DNA of 64,000 nt from Methylocystaceae bacterium UBA5192 (GTDB lineage Bacteria; Pseudomonadota; Alphaproteobacteria; Rhizobiales; Beijerinckiaceae), in the NCBI GenBank assembly GCA_002412985.1, contig DHWC01000036.1, forward strand, positions 20,385 to 84,384, written 5' to 3'. The position numbers and the translations under genes are program-made. Position 1 is the stretch's first letter. Each line of letters starts with the position of its first letter. Shown one piece after another: positions 9,269 through 21,431 of this stretch. The notes beneath the pieces were generated by a model. That model was given only the letters and a program-made list of their open reading frames with translations. It ran no database searches and was not told where the DNA came from.

Positions 9269-12200
9269 ATGACGAATGTCGTGAGAGAGCATCAAGAGGC
9301 GCATGACGCCCGCGCTCTGACTTTAAATGATCTTGGTCGGGATCCCCTGTTGCCTAAAGCGCAGGGTCTCTACGATCCCTCAAAAGAGCATGATTCATGC
9401 GGCGTAGGTTTTGTCGCGAACATGCGCAATGAAAAAACGCATGCCATTGTCGAGATGGGATTACAAATCCTCCTTAATCTTGATCATCGAGGCGCTGTTG
9501 GCGCAGATCCTAAACTTGGGGACGGATGCGGGATCCTAGTACAGATACCACATGAATTTTTTAAGGAAGAATGCGCAAAGCTAGGTTTTACCCTGCCGTC
9601 CTCTGGCGACTATGCGATTGGTCAGTTCTTTTTGCCGCGTGATGCAGATATCCGTCAGCGCGCATGTAAGGTTATTGACGACTCGATGCATGAAGAAGGT
9701 CTTATCGTGCTTGGCTGGCGAGATTTGCCTGTCAACTCAAGTGATCTTGGCGAAGCAGTTCGCGCAGTCGAGCCATTTCATAGACAAATATTTGTCGCAC
9801 GCGGACCTGATGTCAAAGATGCAGATGATTTTGAGCGTCGGATTTATCTCGCCCGTAAAGCTGCTTCCAATATTGTCTATACTTTTGGTCCTCAAGGTCG
9901 TGAGCTCTACTCAGTTTCTGTTTCAACGCGAACTATCGTTTATAAGGGGATGGTGCTTGTATCGCAGCTTGGCGACTATTTCCTGGACTTAAAAGACCCG
10001 CGATTTGTTTCGGCTCTTGCACTTGTTCATCAACGCTTCGCGACAAATACATTTCCTTCCTGGCGACTTGCTCACCCATATCGATTTGTCGCGCATAATG
10101 GTGAAATAAATACCTTGCGCGGTAATCTAAACTGGATGGCGGCGCGCCAAGCGTCTGTCGCCTCGCCATTATTTGGAGATAACATCAATAAACTCTGGCC
10201 AATCTCTTATGAGGGTCAATCTGACACAGCATGTTTTGATAACGCACTCGAATTTTTAGTGCGCGGCGGCTATCCTCTCGCGCATGCTGTGATGATGTTG
10301 ATACCTGAAGCATGGGCGGGAAATCCATTAATGGATGAGAGCCGCCGCGCTTTTTATGAATATCATGCCGCGCTAATGGAGCCATGGGATGGGCCGGCGG
10401 CAATGGCTTTCACAGATGGCCGACAAATTGGCGCAACCTTAGATCGAAATGGATTACGTCCAGCGCGTTATTTGGTTACAGACGATGGCTTAGTTGTTAT
10501 GGCTTCAGAAATGGGCGTATTGCCGATTCCTGAAGATAAAATCGTTACGAAATGGCGACTGCAACCAGGTAAAATGTTGTTGGTTGATTTAGAACAGGGC
10601 CGTATTGTTTCTGACGACGAGATTAAGCAGCAGCTTTCTCAATCTCATCCCTATAAAGAATGGCTCGCACGCACGCAGATACAACTTGAGGATCTTAAAC
10701 CTGTAGAAGCGCGGCCTGCGCGAGCCGATGTCTCTCTGCTAGATCGGCAGCAGGCATTCGGATACACGCAAGAAGATTTAGATCTACTCGTCTATCCAAT
10801 GGCGGTTACTGGTCAAGAGGCGATTGGGTCGATGGGGACAGATACGCCCATATCGCCGCTGTCAGACAAAACATCTTTGCTCTATACTTATTTCAAGCAG
10901 AATTTTGCTCAAGTCACTAATCCGCCGATCGACCCGATCAGAGAAGAATTAGTGATGAGTCTTGTGTCTTTTATCGGGCCGCGCCCTAATATTCTGGATC
11001 ACGAAGGCTCTGCTAGAAAAAAGCGTTTAGAAGTTCGACAGCCAATTCTCACCAACGAAGATTTAGAAAAGATACGTTGGATTGGAATGGTTGAGGATAG
11101 TTTTGATACAAAAACGCTTGAGATAACTTATGATGCGCCTAAAGGCGCTGACGGCATGCGTGAAGCGCTTAAACGTTTATGTGAACGCGCAGAAGAGGCT
11201 GTATCAGGCCGATATAATATTATTATTCTCTCTGATCGTATGGTGGGGCCAGATCGCATTCCGATCCCCGCTTTGTTGGCGACAGCCGCTGTACACCATC
11301 ATTTAATTCGTAAGGGTTTGCGCACTTCTGTTGGTCTTGTTTTGGAGACAGGCGAAGCGCGAGAGGTGCAGCATTTCGCCTGCTTGGCTGGGTATGGAGC
11401 CGAAGCGATTAATCCTTATCTCGCTTTTGACACATTGGAAGCATCAGCAAAAGAGCTCCCAGAAGAGATTAATGCCTATGAGGCGATAAAGCGTTATATC
11501 AAAGCAATTGATAAGGGACTTTTAAAGGTGATGTCGAAAATGGGCATCTCTACCTACCAGTCCTATTGTGGCGCTCAAATATTTGACGCTGTCGGGTTGG
11601 CTCAAGATTTTGTCGATGAATTTTTTAGAGGCACGACAACCCGGATTGAAGGCGTTGGACTTGATACAATAGCTTTAGAAACAGTTCGCCGGCATAAACT
11701 CGCTTTCGGAGATGCGCCGATTTATCGAGATTCCCTTGACGTAGGCGGCGACTATGCATTTCGTTTCCGAGGTGAAGCGCATAGCTGGACGCCAGAAACA
11801 GTATCGCTTTTGCAGCATGCAGTTCGGGGAAATGCACAAGAACAGTATCGTGCTTTTGCAGACGTTCTTAACAAACAAAGCGAACACCTTTTAAATTTAC
11901 GCGGTCTTTTTCGGATTAAGACCGCCGAAGAAGTTGGTCGCAAAGCCGTACCGCTTGAGGAAGTTGAGACAGCAGCAGATATCGTTAAACGTTTTGCTAC
12001 CGGCGCGATGTCATTTGGCTCCATCTCTCGCGAAGCGCATACAACGCTTGCCGTCGCTATGAATAGAATTGGCGGTAAATCCAACACAGGAGAAGGCGGC
12101 GAAGAGCCTGAGAGATTCAAACCAGAACCTAATGGAGATTTAAAGCGCTCCGCAATTAAGCAAGTCGCCTCGGGACGTTTTGGCGTGACGACCGAATATT

Positions 12201-13984
12201 TGGTCAATGCCGACATGATACAAATCAAAATGGCTCAAGGAGCAAAACCTGGCGAGGGTGGGCAGTTGCCTGGGGATAAGGTAGACGCAGTCATTGCTAA
12301 GGTGCGTCACTCCACGCCAGGAGTTGGTCTCATTTCGCCGCCACCCCATCACGATATCTATTCAATCGAGGATCTGGCTCAGCTCATTTACGATCTGAAA
12401 AATGTTAATCCGAAAGCGGATGTTTCAGTGAAGCTTGTTTCTGAAGTTGGCGTTGGCACTGTTGCGGCAGGCGTTTCTAAAGGCCGCGCCGATCACGTGA
12501 CAATTTCAGGTTTTGAGGGTGGAACCGGCGCTTCGCCGCTAACGTCCATTAAGCATGCAGGCTCGCCGTGGGAAATTGGACTGGCTGAAACGCATCAGAC
12601 ATTGGTCTTGAATAATCTCCGCTCCCGTATCGCTGTACAGGTAGATGGCGGCTTAAGAACAGGTCGAGATGTGATTGTCGGCGCATTATTGGGCGCAGAT
12701 GAATTTGGTTTTTCCACTGCGCCGCTCATCGCTGCGGGCTGCATAATGATGCGTAAATGCCATTTGAATACTTGTCCGGTTGGCGTTGCAACTCAAGATC
12801 CTGTTTTACGCAAACGTTTCGTTGGACAGCCTGAGCATGTCATCAATTACTTTTTCTTCGTTGCGGAAGAAGTAAGAGAATGGATGGCGGCGATGGGATA
12901 CCGCAAATTTGAAGAGCTTATCGGTCAAATGCAAATGCTAGACAAGGATCAGGCCTTAGCCCATTGGAAAGCGCAAGGTCTTGATTTTACGAAGCTCTTC
13001 ACCAAGCCAAATGGAGAAGGTCCGCAGGTGCGTCACAGCGCGCGTCAGGATCATGAGCTTGAGAAGGCCCTAGACAATCAATTAATTTCCCAGGCGCGCG
13101 CAGCTTTGGATAGAGGCGCTAAAACATCGATCGAGACCTCTATTCGCAGTGTTAACCGCACAGTTGGCGCAATGCTCTCTGGAGAAGTGGCGCGTATTTA
13201 CGGTCACAAAGGCTTACCTGAAGACACAATTGATATTCGCGTTACGGGTACAGCTGGCCAAAGCTTTGGCGCCTTCCTTTCTCGTGGCGTCACGCTACGA
13301 CTTGAGGGAGAGGCCAATGATTATGTTGGTAAGGGCATATCAGGGGGTAAAATTATCGTTTATCCTTCACGGCACGCTCAAAAAATAGAACCTGCGCATT
13401 CCATTATCGTGGGCAATACTGTCCTCTACGGAGCAATTGCCGGAGAATGTTACTTCAGAGGCGTAGCTGGAGAGCGTTTCGCTGTAAGAAATTCAGGCGC
13501 AATGGCGGTTGTTGAAGGCGTCGGCGATCATGGTTGTGAGTATATGACCGGCGGCGTCGTCGTCGTCCTGGGCCAAACGGGTCGAAATTTTGCAGCAGGC
13601 ATGTCTGGCGGGGTAGCTTACGTTATTGATGAAGACAAGTCCTTCGCAAGTCGATGTAATTTAGCGATGGTAGATCTTGAACCTATTATAGCTGAAGAAA
13701 AACTTATGGAAAAAGTTTATCACCAAACAAGCGATCTTGCTGCGCATGGACGTGTTGATCTGCTCAACGACATGACCCGATTTGATGCCGAGCGATTGCA
13801 TCATCTCATCACTAATCATCTGCGCTATACGGGATCTACGCGAGCGAGAGATATTCTCGATGATTGGGAAAATTATAAGCTTAAATTTGTAAAAGTGATG
13901 CCGGTTGAATATCGGCGCGCTTTGAACGAAATGAACGCCAGACGCGCTCAATCGCCTATGCAAAAGGCGGTTGGCGATAAGTAA
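9269..13984 (+). CDS. gltB: Glutamate synthase large subunit
   Basis: EHDSCGVGF processing site, [64 protein letters not shown] (3Fe-4S). Start at 9260 or 9269. Confidence 0.98.
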   Translation: MTNVVREHQEAHDARALTLNDLGRDPLLPKAQGLYDPSKEHDSCGVGFVANMRNEKTHAIVEMGLQILLNLDHRGAVGADPKLGDGCGILVQIPHEFFKEECAKLGFTLPSSGDYAIGQFFLPRDADIRQRACKVIDDSMHEEGLIVLGWRDLPVNSSDLGEAVRAVEPFHRQIFVARGPDVKDADDFERRIYLARKAASNIVYTFGPQGRELYSVSVSTRTIVYKGMVLVSQLGDYFLDLKDPRFVSALALVHQRFATNTFPSWRLAHPYRFVAHNGEINTLRGNLNWMAARQASVASPLFGDNINKLWPISYEGQSDTACFDNALEFLVRGGYPLAHAVMMLIPEAWAGNPLMDESRRAFYEYHAALMEPWDGPAAMAFTDGRQIGATLDRNGLRPARYLVTDDGLVVMASEMGVLPIPEDKIVTKWRLQPGKMLLVDLEQGRIVSDDEIKQQLSQSHPYKEWLARTQIQLEDLKPVEARPARADVSLLDRQQAFGYTQEDLDLLVYPMAVTGQEAIGSMGTDTPISPLSDKTSLLYTYFKQNFAQVTNPPIDPIREELVMSLVSFIGPRPNILDHEGSARKKRLEVRQPILTNEDLEKIRWIGMVEDSFDTKTLEITYDAPKGADGMREALKRLCERAEEAVSGRYNIIILSDRMVGPDRIPIPALLATAAVHHHLIRKGLRTSVGLVLETGEAREVQHFACLAGYGAEAINPYLAFDTLEASAKELPEEINAYEAIKRYIKAIDKGLLKVMSKMGISTYQSYCGAQIFDAVGLAQDFVDEFFRGTTTRIEGVGLDTIALETVRRHKLAFGDAPIYRDSLDVGGDYAFRFRGEAHSWTPETVSLLQHAVRGNAQEQYRAFADVLNKQSEHLLNLRGLFRIKTAEEVGRKAVPLEEVETAADIVKRFATGAMSFGSISREAHTTLAVAMNRIGGKSNTGEGGEEPERFKPEPNGDLKRSAIKQVASGRFGVTTEYLVNADMIQIKMAQGAKPGEGGQLPGDKVDAVIAKVRHSTPGVGLISPPPHHDIYSIEDLAQLIYDLKNVNPKADVSVKLVSEVGVGTVAAGVSKGRADHVTISGFEGGTGASPLTSIKHAGSPWEIGLAETHQTLVLNNLRSRIAVQVDGGLRTGRDVIVGALLGADEFGFSTAPLIAAGCIMMRKCHLNTCPVGVATQDPVLRKRFVGQPEHVINYFFFVAEEVREWMAAMGYRKFEELIGQMQMLDKDQALAHWKAQGLDFTKLFTKPNGEGPQVRHSARQDHELEKALDNQLISQARAALDRGAKTSIETSIRSVNRTVGAMLSGEVARIYGHKGLPEDTIDIRVTGTAGQSFGAFLSRGVTLRLEGEANDYVGKGISGGKIIVYPSRHAQKIEPAHSIIVGNTVLYGAIAGECYFRGVAGERFAVRNSGAMAVVEGVGDHGCEYMTGGVVVVLGQTGRNFAAGMSGGVAYVIDEDKSFASRCNLAMVDLEPIIAEEKLMEKVYHQTSDLAAHGRVDLLNDMTRFDAERLHHLITNHLRYTGSTRARDILDDWENYKLKFVKVMPVEYRRALNEMNARRAQSPMQKAVGDK

Positions 13985-14127
13985 ATAATCAGATTTTCCT
14001 CGCTTAATTTAAGACTATGGCGGGGAAGCTCTGCTTAATGGCGGCAGCTGTTTTGACAGAAACGAATGCGAGTGCTCACTTAGGCGATAACGAGTGAGAT
14101 ATCTTGAATAAGGGGTTTAGTTATACA

Positions 14128-15546
14128 ATGGGAAAAGTAACCGGCTTTCTCGAAATTGATCGTCAGGACCGGAAATATAAGCCGGCGGCTGATCGTATTC
14201 GGCATTATGATGAATTTGTGATCCCTTTGTCAGAAGAGACAACACGGGACCAAGCGTCTCGTTGTATGGATTGTGGCATTCCTTTTTGTCACAACGGCTG
14301 TCCCGTCAATAATCAAATCCCTGATTGGAATGATCTCGTCTATCATGACGAATGGCGTCGAGCGCTGACTAATCTCCATTCGACAAATAATTTTCCTGAA
14401 TTTACTGGACGGATTTGTCCAGCCCCTTGTGAAGCGTCTTGCACGCTGAATCTTCAAGATCAGCCTGTAACAATCAAATCGATAGAGTGTGCGATTATTG
14501 ATCGTGGCTTCAAGGAAGGTTGGGTTAAGCCAGAGATAGCCCAGCATAAAACAGGAAAAAAAATCGCTATTGTTGGTTCAGGTCCTGGCGGTCTAGCCGC
14601 CGCCCAACAACTCGCCCGCACGGGTCATGAGGTTCATGTTTTTGAAAAACTCGCTAAAGCCGGTGGCTTACTCCGCTATGGCATTCCAGATTTTAAAATG
14701 GAAAAGCATCTGATTGATCGCCGCATAACGCAGATGGAGGCTGAGGGCGTATGCTTCCATTACAATGAGAATATTGGGTTTAATAAATCTGTTGATGAAC
14801 TGGTTCAAAATTTTGATGCAGTTATTCTGGCTGGCGGCGCAGAGAAGCCAAGAGATCTGACAATTCCAGGAAGAGAATTGCACGGCGTGCATTTCGCCAT
14901 GGAGTTCCTGCCTCAGCAGAATCGTCGTGTGTCAGGAGAAACTTCGACCACCAATAATCCAATACTCGCCACTGGAAAACATGTCGTCGTGATCGGAGGC
15001 GGTGATACGGGCTCAGACTGTATTGGAACCTCAGTGCGACATCGGGCGCTATCTGTAACACAGCTCGAAATCATGCAGCGCCCGCCTGAAAAAGAGAATA
15101 AGCTTCTAACTTGGCCAGATTGGCCACTGAAATTGCGCACGTCTTCTTCTCATGAAGAAGGCGCTGTGCGCGACTTTTCTGTCCTTACCAAAGAATTTAT
15201 TGGCAAAGATGGTCAAGTTGAAGGCGTCCGCTGCATTCATGTCGATGATAAGATGCAGCCAATCGCAGATAGCTCTTTCATTTTAAAAGCTGATCTTGTT
15301 CTGCTGGCTATGGGCTTTGTCTCGCCAATTCATGAAGGGTTGATTGAACAGTCCGGCGTGGCGATAGATGGGCGCGGTAATGTTTCAGCGGATACGCGCA
15401 AATATACTACCTCGAAAAATAAGATTTTTGCCTGTGGCGACATGCGGCGTGGACAATCTCTCGTTGTCTGGGCGATTAGGGAAGGTCGCCAATGCGCCGC
15501 TGCTGTTGATGAATTTCTTATGGGCGCTACATCATTACCGCGATAA
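14128..15546 (+). CDS. gltD: Glutamate synthase small subunit
   Basis: [67 protein letters not shown]. Confidence 0.98.
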   Translation: MGKVTGFLEIDRQDRKYKPAADRIRHYDEFVIPLSEETTRDQASRCMDCGIPFCHNGCPVNNQIPDWNDLVYHDEWRRALTNLHSTNNFPEFTGRICPAPCEASCTLNLQDQPVTIKSIECAIIDRGFKEGWVKPEIAQHKTGKKIAIVGSGPGGLAAAQQLARTGHEVHVFEKLAKAGGLLRYGIPDFKMEKHLIDRRITQMEAEGVCFHYNENIGFNKSVDELVQNFDAVILAGGAEKPRDLTIPGRELHGVHFAMEFLPQQNRRVSGETSTTNNPILATGKHVVVIGGGDTGSDCIGTSVRHRALSVTQLEIMQRPPEKENKLLTWPDWPLKLRTSSSHEEGAVRDFSVLTKEFIGKDGQVEGVRCIHVDDKMQPIADSSFILKADLVLLAMGFVSPIHEGLIEQSGVAIDGRGNVSADTRKYTTSKNKIFACGDMRRGQSLVVWAIREGRQCAAAVDEFLMGATSLPR

Positions 15547-15566
15547 AAATAAAATAGGTGAGGAAC

Positions 15567-15776
15567 ATGATAAGTGAAAAATTAAACCTGTGGTTTTGCG
15601 ATAATGTTGTAGGGCAGCCTTGGCAGTTCTTTTTGTTAATTCTACCGTTAGTCGGCGCATTTCTATATGGAAGAGAGCGTAAAAAAGCTGGCTGGATTTT
15701 GATCGGCGTATGGTTGGTAATCCAGGTTTCCATCTCATTCTTAACGAATTTTATCTTCAGTTGTAATATGGAATAA
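15567..15776 (+). CDS. Small two-TM hypothetical protein at the end of the gltBD unit
   Basis: GAGGA RBS before the ATG at 15567, two hydrophobic helices, and the stop abuts the terminator. Confidence 0.55.
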   Translation: MISEKLNLWFCDNVVGQPWQFFLLILPLVGAFLYGRERKKAGWILIGVWLVIQVSISFLTNFIFSCNME

Positions 15777-15807
15777 ATAAAGCCCCGTCTTGGACGGGGC
15801 TTTATTT
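15777..15807. terminator. Bidirectional intrinsic terminator
   Basis: AATAAAGCCCCGTC-TTG-GACGGGGCTTTATT between convergent genes. Confidence 0.88.
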
Positions 15808-15845
15808 CATTAGCTGTTTAATTGCGATCGCTTTAAATCAAATCT

Positions 15846-16556
15846 CTACATAACGATTACAGGCGCGCCTACTTTAATACGGTTATATAGGTCTGTAACA
15901 TCTGCGTTCAGCATGCGGATGCACCCTGAGGATACAGCCTCTCCAATTGTCCAAGGCTCATTCGAGCCGTGAATTCTGAACATGGTGTCGCGGTCCCCCG
16001 AATAAAGATACATAGCCCGCGCCCCAAGAGGGTTCTCTTCGCCACCAGACATCCGACGGGGTAGATCTGGTCGACGCTTCAGCATGGCGGCTGGAGGAGT
16101 CCAGACAGGCCAGGCTTCTTTGCGTCCAATCCGCACACGCCCCGCCCAAGTGAAGCCTTCGCGTCCAACACCCACGCCGTAACGCACTGCCTGACCATTG
16201 GCGAGCGAAAGATAAAGAACGCGATTTTTGGTGTCGACAGTGATCGTTCCAGGTTTCTGATTAGTTGGGTCATCAACAACTTCTTTTGTCGTTGTTGGGG
16301 TTTCGCGCGCTACTTCTGTTGATTCCTGCGCAGGCGCGTTTGTGTCTCGTCCGTCGTTATAGGAGGCGACCATGTCCTCTGCGCCTGCAGGGTATTGATC
16401 CGCACTTGCGGTTTGACCGCTAAAAAGCGCTAGCAGGGGATTTTCCTCTGCCTTGCAGCTAGCTGAAGACACAAGGCTGACAAGCGTCGAAAACGCCAGT
16501 GTGGAAAGAAATAAACGTGAGTGAGGCTTAATCTTCACCAACGAAAAAAGTACCAT
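15846..16556 (-). CDS. L,D-transpeptidase (YkuD/ErfK family), exported
   Basis: Signal peptide, PGTITVDT, RYGVGVGREG, NPLGARAMYL, catalytic RIHGSNEP...SSGCIRM. Confidence 0.95.
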   Translation of the reverse strand: MVLFSLVKIKPHSRLFLSTLAFSTLVSLVSSASCKAEENPLLALFSGQTASADQYPAGAEDMVASYNDGRDTNAPAQESTEVARETPTTTKEVVDDPTNQKPGTITVDTKNRVLYLSLANGQAVRYGVGVGREGFTWAGRVRIGRKEAWPVWTPPAAMLKRRPDLPRRMSGGEENPLGARAMYLYSGDRDTMFRIHGSNEPWTIGEAVSSGCIRMLNADVTDLYNRIKVGAPVIVM

Positions 16557-16638
16557 CGAGGCTTGCTCCCAGCGTATGCACTGAGCGAAGAATGCGCGAA
16601 GTCCTCATTCGTTCCGTCGTAGTATAAAAAAACATTCA

Positions 16639-16659
16639 CAGCGAGGCATGTCCTCGCTG
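16639..16659 (-). terminator. Possible terminator hairpin after the DUF459 gene
   Basis: CAGCGAGG-N5-CCTCGCTG with an A-run nearby on the left. Confidence 0.4.
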
Positions 16660-16706
16660 AGGCATGGCCTAGCTATGGATCTGAACAGAAGCTTTGAAGC
16701 TTAGGG

Positions 16707-17951
16707 TTAGGGCTTCCAGCTATAATCGTCCGCACGGTCTTTTCTAACAGGTTGATCCCCCCCTTGAACAAAGACATGGCGCGCTAACGCCTTAGCAGCC
16801 TCATCAGCGCCTGGAGGAATTGGGTCTGTTGATTTTTTGGCTAATTCCACGCCGGAGGGGTCTGTAGGGGAGGTTAATGATTGGATCGGACCTACCGCGG
16901 GTCGTTCAGGTAGCGTTGGCGCGGCGCTAGTTTGCGGTGGGACGGGCGAACGGAACTCAACAGGGCCCTGTGGCGGGGCGGGCTGAGGCCTATCAGGCGA
17001 AGTTGATGGCGCAAGATTGCTTGTCTTATCGGCCGCGGGGGACTGTGGCGCTGCCCCGGTTAACGGGGCATTGGGGTGGTTGGCTTCATAAAGCTTCCTG
17101 ATTTCACCTGCTACGAAATGCGCAACGCTCGCGCCTCCAGCGGCAGTTAGATTAACGCCGTCTCCAGTCCTTATTTTAACGATTTGACCATTAATATCCG
17201 GACCAAAGGCTATGTATTGTCCCTTCTCATCTGATAGCGCATCCCACAGATCAACAAAGATTGCGCCTTCCGCTGTCGCCCGCTGTTTGATGATTTCATT
17301 CAGCTTGGCGGCATAAGATGAAAAATTTTCATTTTTCATTACAGGAAGGCCTACCCAAATAACCGGGATTTTCTTTTCTCTAAACGTTGCAGTTAATGCA
17401 TTAATTTTTGCTGCATAAAGCTCACGCCAATGAGCGGAGAGTGGCTCATCAGCTTCATTGCCCAAAAAGCTCTGACGGTCTCCTGCGCCAATGAAGATAA
17501 CGGCAATATCAATTTTTTGCTGGCCTAAAGCGATCTCTTTTGCTGATTTTGTCCAGTCATAGACATCTGTTCGGGTTAGGCCTGTATCTGGTTTAGAGAG
17601 TTTAAGGACACCAATTTCCGGCTTATCCGTTAATACTTTCTTCAACCCATCGGCCAGCGAATCCCCCATGGCGTCGCCAAGAACAGCAACAAAATATGTC
17701 TTTGGCGTCGTCGCGGCTGCTTGATCCTCTGGCGTCATTCCTTCTGTGGGCTTTTTCTGAACTGCTCGGCTATCTTGACGGGGGTTAATCCGACGCATGC
17801 GAGAGGTCGGCGCTGCACGATGTTCATTTGAATGTGAAGAGCCGCCAAACAGACCGCCAAAAAAATCCGAGAAAGGGTCTTCTGCCAGGGCCTCAGGCGC
17901 GCTGGTCAGCAGAGCAACGAGGGCAAGTAGAGCCCTGAGATTTTTTGACAT
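16707..17951 (-). CDS. SGNH/GDSL-like DUF459 family exported protein with Pro-rich tail
   Basis: Signal peptide, VAVLGDAMGDSLA, TGLTRTDVYDW, VIWVGLP, FVDLWD, RTGDGVNLT. Start at 17951 or 17981. Confidence 0.8.
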   Translation of the reverse strand: MSKNLRALLALVALLTSAPEALAEDPFSDFFGGLFGGSSHSNEHRAAPTSRMRRINPRQDSRAVQKKPTEGMTPEDQAAATTPKTYFVAVLGDAMGDSLADGLKKVLTDKPEIGVLKLSKPDTGLTRTDVYDWTKSAKEIALGQQKIDIAVIFIGAGDRQSFLGNEADEPLSAHWRELYAAKINALTATFREKKIPVIWVGLPVMKNENFSSYAAKLNEIIKQRATAEGAIFVDLWDALSDEKGQYIAFGPDINGQIVKIRTGDGVNLTAAGGASVAHFVAGEIRKLYEANHPNAPLTGAAPQSPAADKTSNLAPSTSPDRPQPAPPQGPVEFRSPVPPQTSAAPTLPERPAVGPIQSLTSPTDPSGVELAKKSTDPIPPGADEAAKALARHVFVQGGDQPVRKDRADDYSWKP

Positions 17952-18038
17952 TGAGTGAGGGGGTAGAAAAAATTTGATCATTGAAGCCAATATCGAGAGG
18001 GGCTGGCTGAAAACCATCCCCTCCTTGACGGGAGGACG

Positions 18039-18563
18039 ATGTTTCGTATCAATCCTATCATAACCGGGATGGAGACATGTGTGTATAGGGCGATCGGCCA
18101 ATTCTTTAGTAAAGCGATAAGAGTTATTTTCGCCATAGGCGCTGGACTGGGGCTCACACTATCCCCTGGATGGGCAGAAAGCGGAACCCGGGATGATCCA
18201 CCTGCTGAGGTGCGTGTTTCCCCTTTCTCTGGGGTCTTGCAGCCCTGTGATGATCCGAGCATGCTCGATCAAATCGCTATTGATTTTGCTCACAGGGAAT
18301 TGGAATTTTGGAACTCTTCTCTGACGATAACCGGCTTTGAAAGAATAGGGGAGGTTGGGTATCGATTAAACGGGCAGACCTATATTCCGCGCCGATATTG
18401 TCAGGCTGAGGCTCGATTCAGCGATGGCCTGCGACGGCATCTTGTATTCAATATTTCAGCTTCAACTGCATTTTTGGGTCTAGGCTCCGGGGTAGTGTGG
18501 TGCATTCAAGGAATTGATCGTAATCACGCCTTTACGCCTAATTGTCGGTCTTTCGGCCCATAG
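18039..18563 (+). CDS. Conserved hypothetical exported Cys-containing protein
   Basis: Signal-like segment followed by PCDD, IPRRYC, GVVWC.GIDRN...C, a pattern typical of a Rhizobiales hypothetical family. Start uncertain. Confidence 0.7.
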   Translation: MFRINPIITGMETCVYRAIGQFFSKAIRVIFAIGAGLGLTLSPGWAESGTRDDPPAEVRVSPFSGVLQPCDDPSMLDQIAIDFAHRELEFWNSSLTITGFERIGEVGYRLNGQTYIPRRYCQAEARFSDGLRRHLVFNISASTAFLGLGSGVVWCIQGIDRNHAFTPNCRSFGP

Positions 18564-18621
18564 ATCGGCTGTCTTAACTTCAGGGATGTGCACGCCATAG
18601 CCAAGGGTATCGGTTATTTTC

Positions 18622-19362
18622 ATGACAAAGCGATCCCTGGACCCAAAGATATTCTTTTTTTCGGGCGCCCTTTTAAGCGGGGTGATCTTGAACTTAACGC
18701 AGAGCTGGGCCCTTGATTATTGCTCAGGGGCAGAATGTAAGGCGCATGAAATAGCGATGCAGCGTGAGGCGCTGACGGGTAGTAAAAATCGCCCTGAGCT
18801 AGGCAAGTTTGATTTTTATGTTTTGGCGCTGACCTGGACCGCTGAATTTTGTCAAAGAAATTGGAGTGCGTCTCAACAATGCGCAGAGAATAAAAATTTA
18901 GGATTTGTAGTGCACGGTTTATGGCCTCAATATTATCATGGTTACCCTCTCTATTGCAGAAATGAGATCCCTCTAAGTCCAAATAATATGATCCAAGCGC
19001 TTAAACTATTTCCTACAGAAAGGCTCGTGCGTTACGAATGGCGTAAGCACGGTATTTGTAGCGGAAAAACGCCCCATAAATATTTAGAAGACGTATCCAC
19101 TGCACAAAACCTATTCAAAATACCGCAGGGGTTAGTTAACCCTAAAAATGATCAAACAATGAGGCTTAAGGCGCTCTATTGGGATTTTCTTAAAGTAAAT
19201 CCCAGTCTTCACCCAGGCATGTTTTCCATAAACTGCCGTCATGGCGTATTAACCGAGGTTCGTGTTTGTATTTCTCAAGATATGCGGCATTATCAATTAT
19301 GTCCTCAAGTCATGCGTCAAAGTTGCAGAACATCAGATATCTTTATCCCATCATTCCATTAG
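18622..19362 (+). CDS. Ribonuclease T2 family protein, exported
   Basis: FDFYVLALTW, CAS-I FVVHGLWP, CAS-II YEWRKHGICSG, EVRVC. Confidence 0.93.
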   Translation: MTKRSLDPKIFFFSGALLSGVILNLTQSWALDYCSGAECKAHEIAMQREALTGSKNRPELGKFDFYVLALTWTAEFCQRNWSASQQCAENKNLGFVVHGLWPQYYHGYPLYCRNEIPLSPNNMIQALKLFPTERLVRYEWRKHGICSGKTPHKYLEDVSTAQNLFKIPQGLVNPKNDQTMRLKALYWDFLKVNPSLHPGMFSINCRHGVLTEVRVCISQDMRHYQLCPQVMRQSCRTSDIFIPSFH

Positions 19363-19365
19363 ATC

Positions 19366-20226
19366 ATGAATTATCGTCATAGTTTTCATGCAGGTAATTT
19401 TGCGGATGTTTTTAAACATATATTTATTGTGCGTATTCTTCTTTATCTTTGTTTGAAAGAGTCGCCATTTAGAGTGATTGATACGCATGCAGGCGAGGGC
19501 TTTTATGATCTCAATTGTGAGGAAGCAAATCGTACCTCTGAGTGGCGGCATGGAGTCGGTCGTCTTAGGGATTTTAAGGGTATCGATAAGAGTTTTTGCG
19601 ATCTTATCCAGCCCTACCTGTGTTGTGTTGGGATTAATGAGAACGATCAGCCATTAGCTCATTATCCTGGATCGCCAATGATAGCTTCGCGTTTCATGCG
19701 TCAGCAGGATCGAGCGATTTTTTGCGAATTACATCCTGAAGCCTCGCGCCTACTAAGGCGGCAATTTGCGCATGACAAGCGTATTAAAACTTTGCATCTT
19801 GATGGGTATCTTGGGCTTGGGGCTTTTATGCCGCCTAAGGAAAGACGCGGACTTGTTTTAATTGACCCGCCTTTTGAGCAGAAGGACGAAATCACAAGAT
19901 TATTATCATCATTTTTATTGGCCTATCGTAAATGGCCGACTGGGATCTATGTAATTTGGTATCCAATAAAAGACCCAGATTTTGATCGAAAATTATGCGC
20001 TGAATTTTTCAATAATAATATTACCCGCACGCTGCGCTTATCATTGAATATTGGCGGTCAAGCAGATGGATTAAAAAATACAGGGCTATTAATTGTTAAT
20101 CCCCCATTCACGTTAGAGGATGAGGCGCAGGAGCTTATGCCCTTTTTGACGCGCCTACTTGCTCAGGGCGAGGACGCTGGGTATCAAATTGATTGGGCGG
20201 TAAGGGAAGGTAAAATTGAGAGGTGA
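19366..20226 (+). CDS. rlmJ: 23S rRNA m6A2030 methyltransferase RlmJ
   Basis: MNYRHSFHAGNFADVFKH, DTHAGEG, YPGSP, LIDPPFE, IWYPIK, NPPF. Confidence 0.96.
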   Translation: MNYRHSFHAGNFADVFKHIFIVRILLYLCLKESPFRVIDTHAGEGFYDLNCEEANRTSEWRHGVGRLRDFKGIDKSFCDLIQPYLCCVGINENDQPLAHYPGSPMIASRFMRQQDRAIFCELHPEASRLLRRQFAHDKRIKTLHLDGYLGLGAFMPPKERRGLVLIDPPFEQKDEITRLLSSFLLAYRKWPTGIYVIWYPIKDPDFDRKLCAEFFNNNITRTLRLSLNIGGQADGLKNTGLLIVNPPFTLEDEAQELMPFLTRLLAQGEDAGYQIDWAVREGKIER

Positions 20227-20376
20227 TGTAGCTACTTTGATCGATTTGAGATATGCGTTGCGTCAAATGTTGTCCCTGTTCATGTCACAAAAATCGATGT
20301 ATTTAGCAATCTCTCTACAAACGTAAATAACACTTGGCCAGCGATATGTCAGATTGGCCTTTGACGAGAGCATAGC

Positions 20377-20973
20377 ATGTTTATTCTTAGATATTCAAAG
20401 GCTTCTCCTTATGCGCGTAAGGTGCGCATCTCTGCAGATATTTGTGGTCTCACTAATTTGATCTCAATCAAAGAGACGGATACAAAAGACCCAACTAATC
20501 GCCTAAGAGATGAGAATCCCTTAGGTAAAATACCTGTGCTCATTCTTGAGGATGGAACAGCGCTTTATGATAGTCGAGTTATCATTGATTATCTCGACGT
20601 CTATAGCGGCGGTGGAAAGCTTATTCCCCAAGATACAAACAGAAAATTTGAGGCGCTAAAATATCAATCTCTTGCAGATGGTATAAATGATGCGGCATTG
20701 ATTATTCGACATGAGATCGCCGTGCGACGGGCTGAACTGCGCGACGATGAATTTATTCTATATCAGCAAGAAAAAATTGATCGCGCATTGAGTGCGCTTG
20801 TAAAATCGCCTCCGCAAGGGCCTCTAAATATAGGCCATATTGCTGTTGCATGCGCTCTAGGCTATCTCGACCTGAGATTTGAAGGTAAATGGCGCTCTAC
20901 TTCACCTTCGCTTGTTGATTGGCTCGCTGATTTTTCCACCGCTGCGCCGTCATTCAAGGAGACGGCTCTATGA
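20377..20973 (+). CDS. Glutathione S-transferase family protein
   Basis: ASPYARKV, NPLGKIPVL, LYDSRVI, ACALGYLDLRF. Confidence 0.92.
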   Translation: MFILRYSKASPYARKVRISADICGLTNLISIKETDTKDPTNRLRDENPLGKIPVLILEDGTALYDSRVIIDYLDVYSGGGKLIPQDTNRKFEALKYQSLADGINDAALIIRHEIAVRRAELRDDEFILYQQEKIDRALSALVKSPPQGPLNIGHIAVACALGYLDLRFEGKWRSTSPSLVDWLADFSTAAPSFKETAL

Positions 20974-21431
20974 CAGGATCAAATTTGACATAGGCTCTCC
21001 TTTTGATTTTGATATTTCCATATGCTGCTAATCGATTAGGCTAAGTCTATTACAAAATTAATATAGCTCATACTAAAAGCTATCAAATACAGAAATATTT
21101 TTAGTTTGAATATTATGCTTGTTCGTTATCTTAGTAAATTAGGCTAGATCAATTTTTAAAAAATAGTAGAGTCAATTGATGCTTGGTATTGGGGCTATTT
21201 ATATGCAGCTTGTCGTTATTTAATCGGGCGACCAAAGCATTGGTGATTATGGTTTTTAGAAATGGGCGCGAGCTAATATATTTTGATGATTAAAGAGACT
21301 TTCGGCATTAATTTTATTGATATTATTTACTGTATTTCTAAAGTGAGATAATATCATTATTTTGACAAGCGAGCAGCTCATGAATTATTTTTATAAAAAA
21401 TAATGCTTTTGGGCTCAAGGGAGCATGAATA

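Noticed and set aside
9612-15140. Numerous short alternative-frame and antisense ORFs inside gltB/gltD (likewise inside yej, uvrA, clpA, rnr, topA)
   Set aside because: Fully nested in well-supported genes with no motifs, as expected for shadow ORFs.
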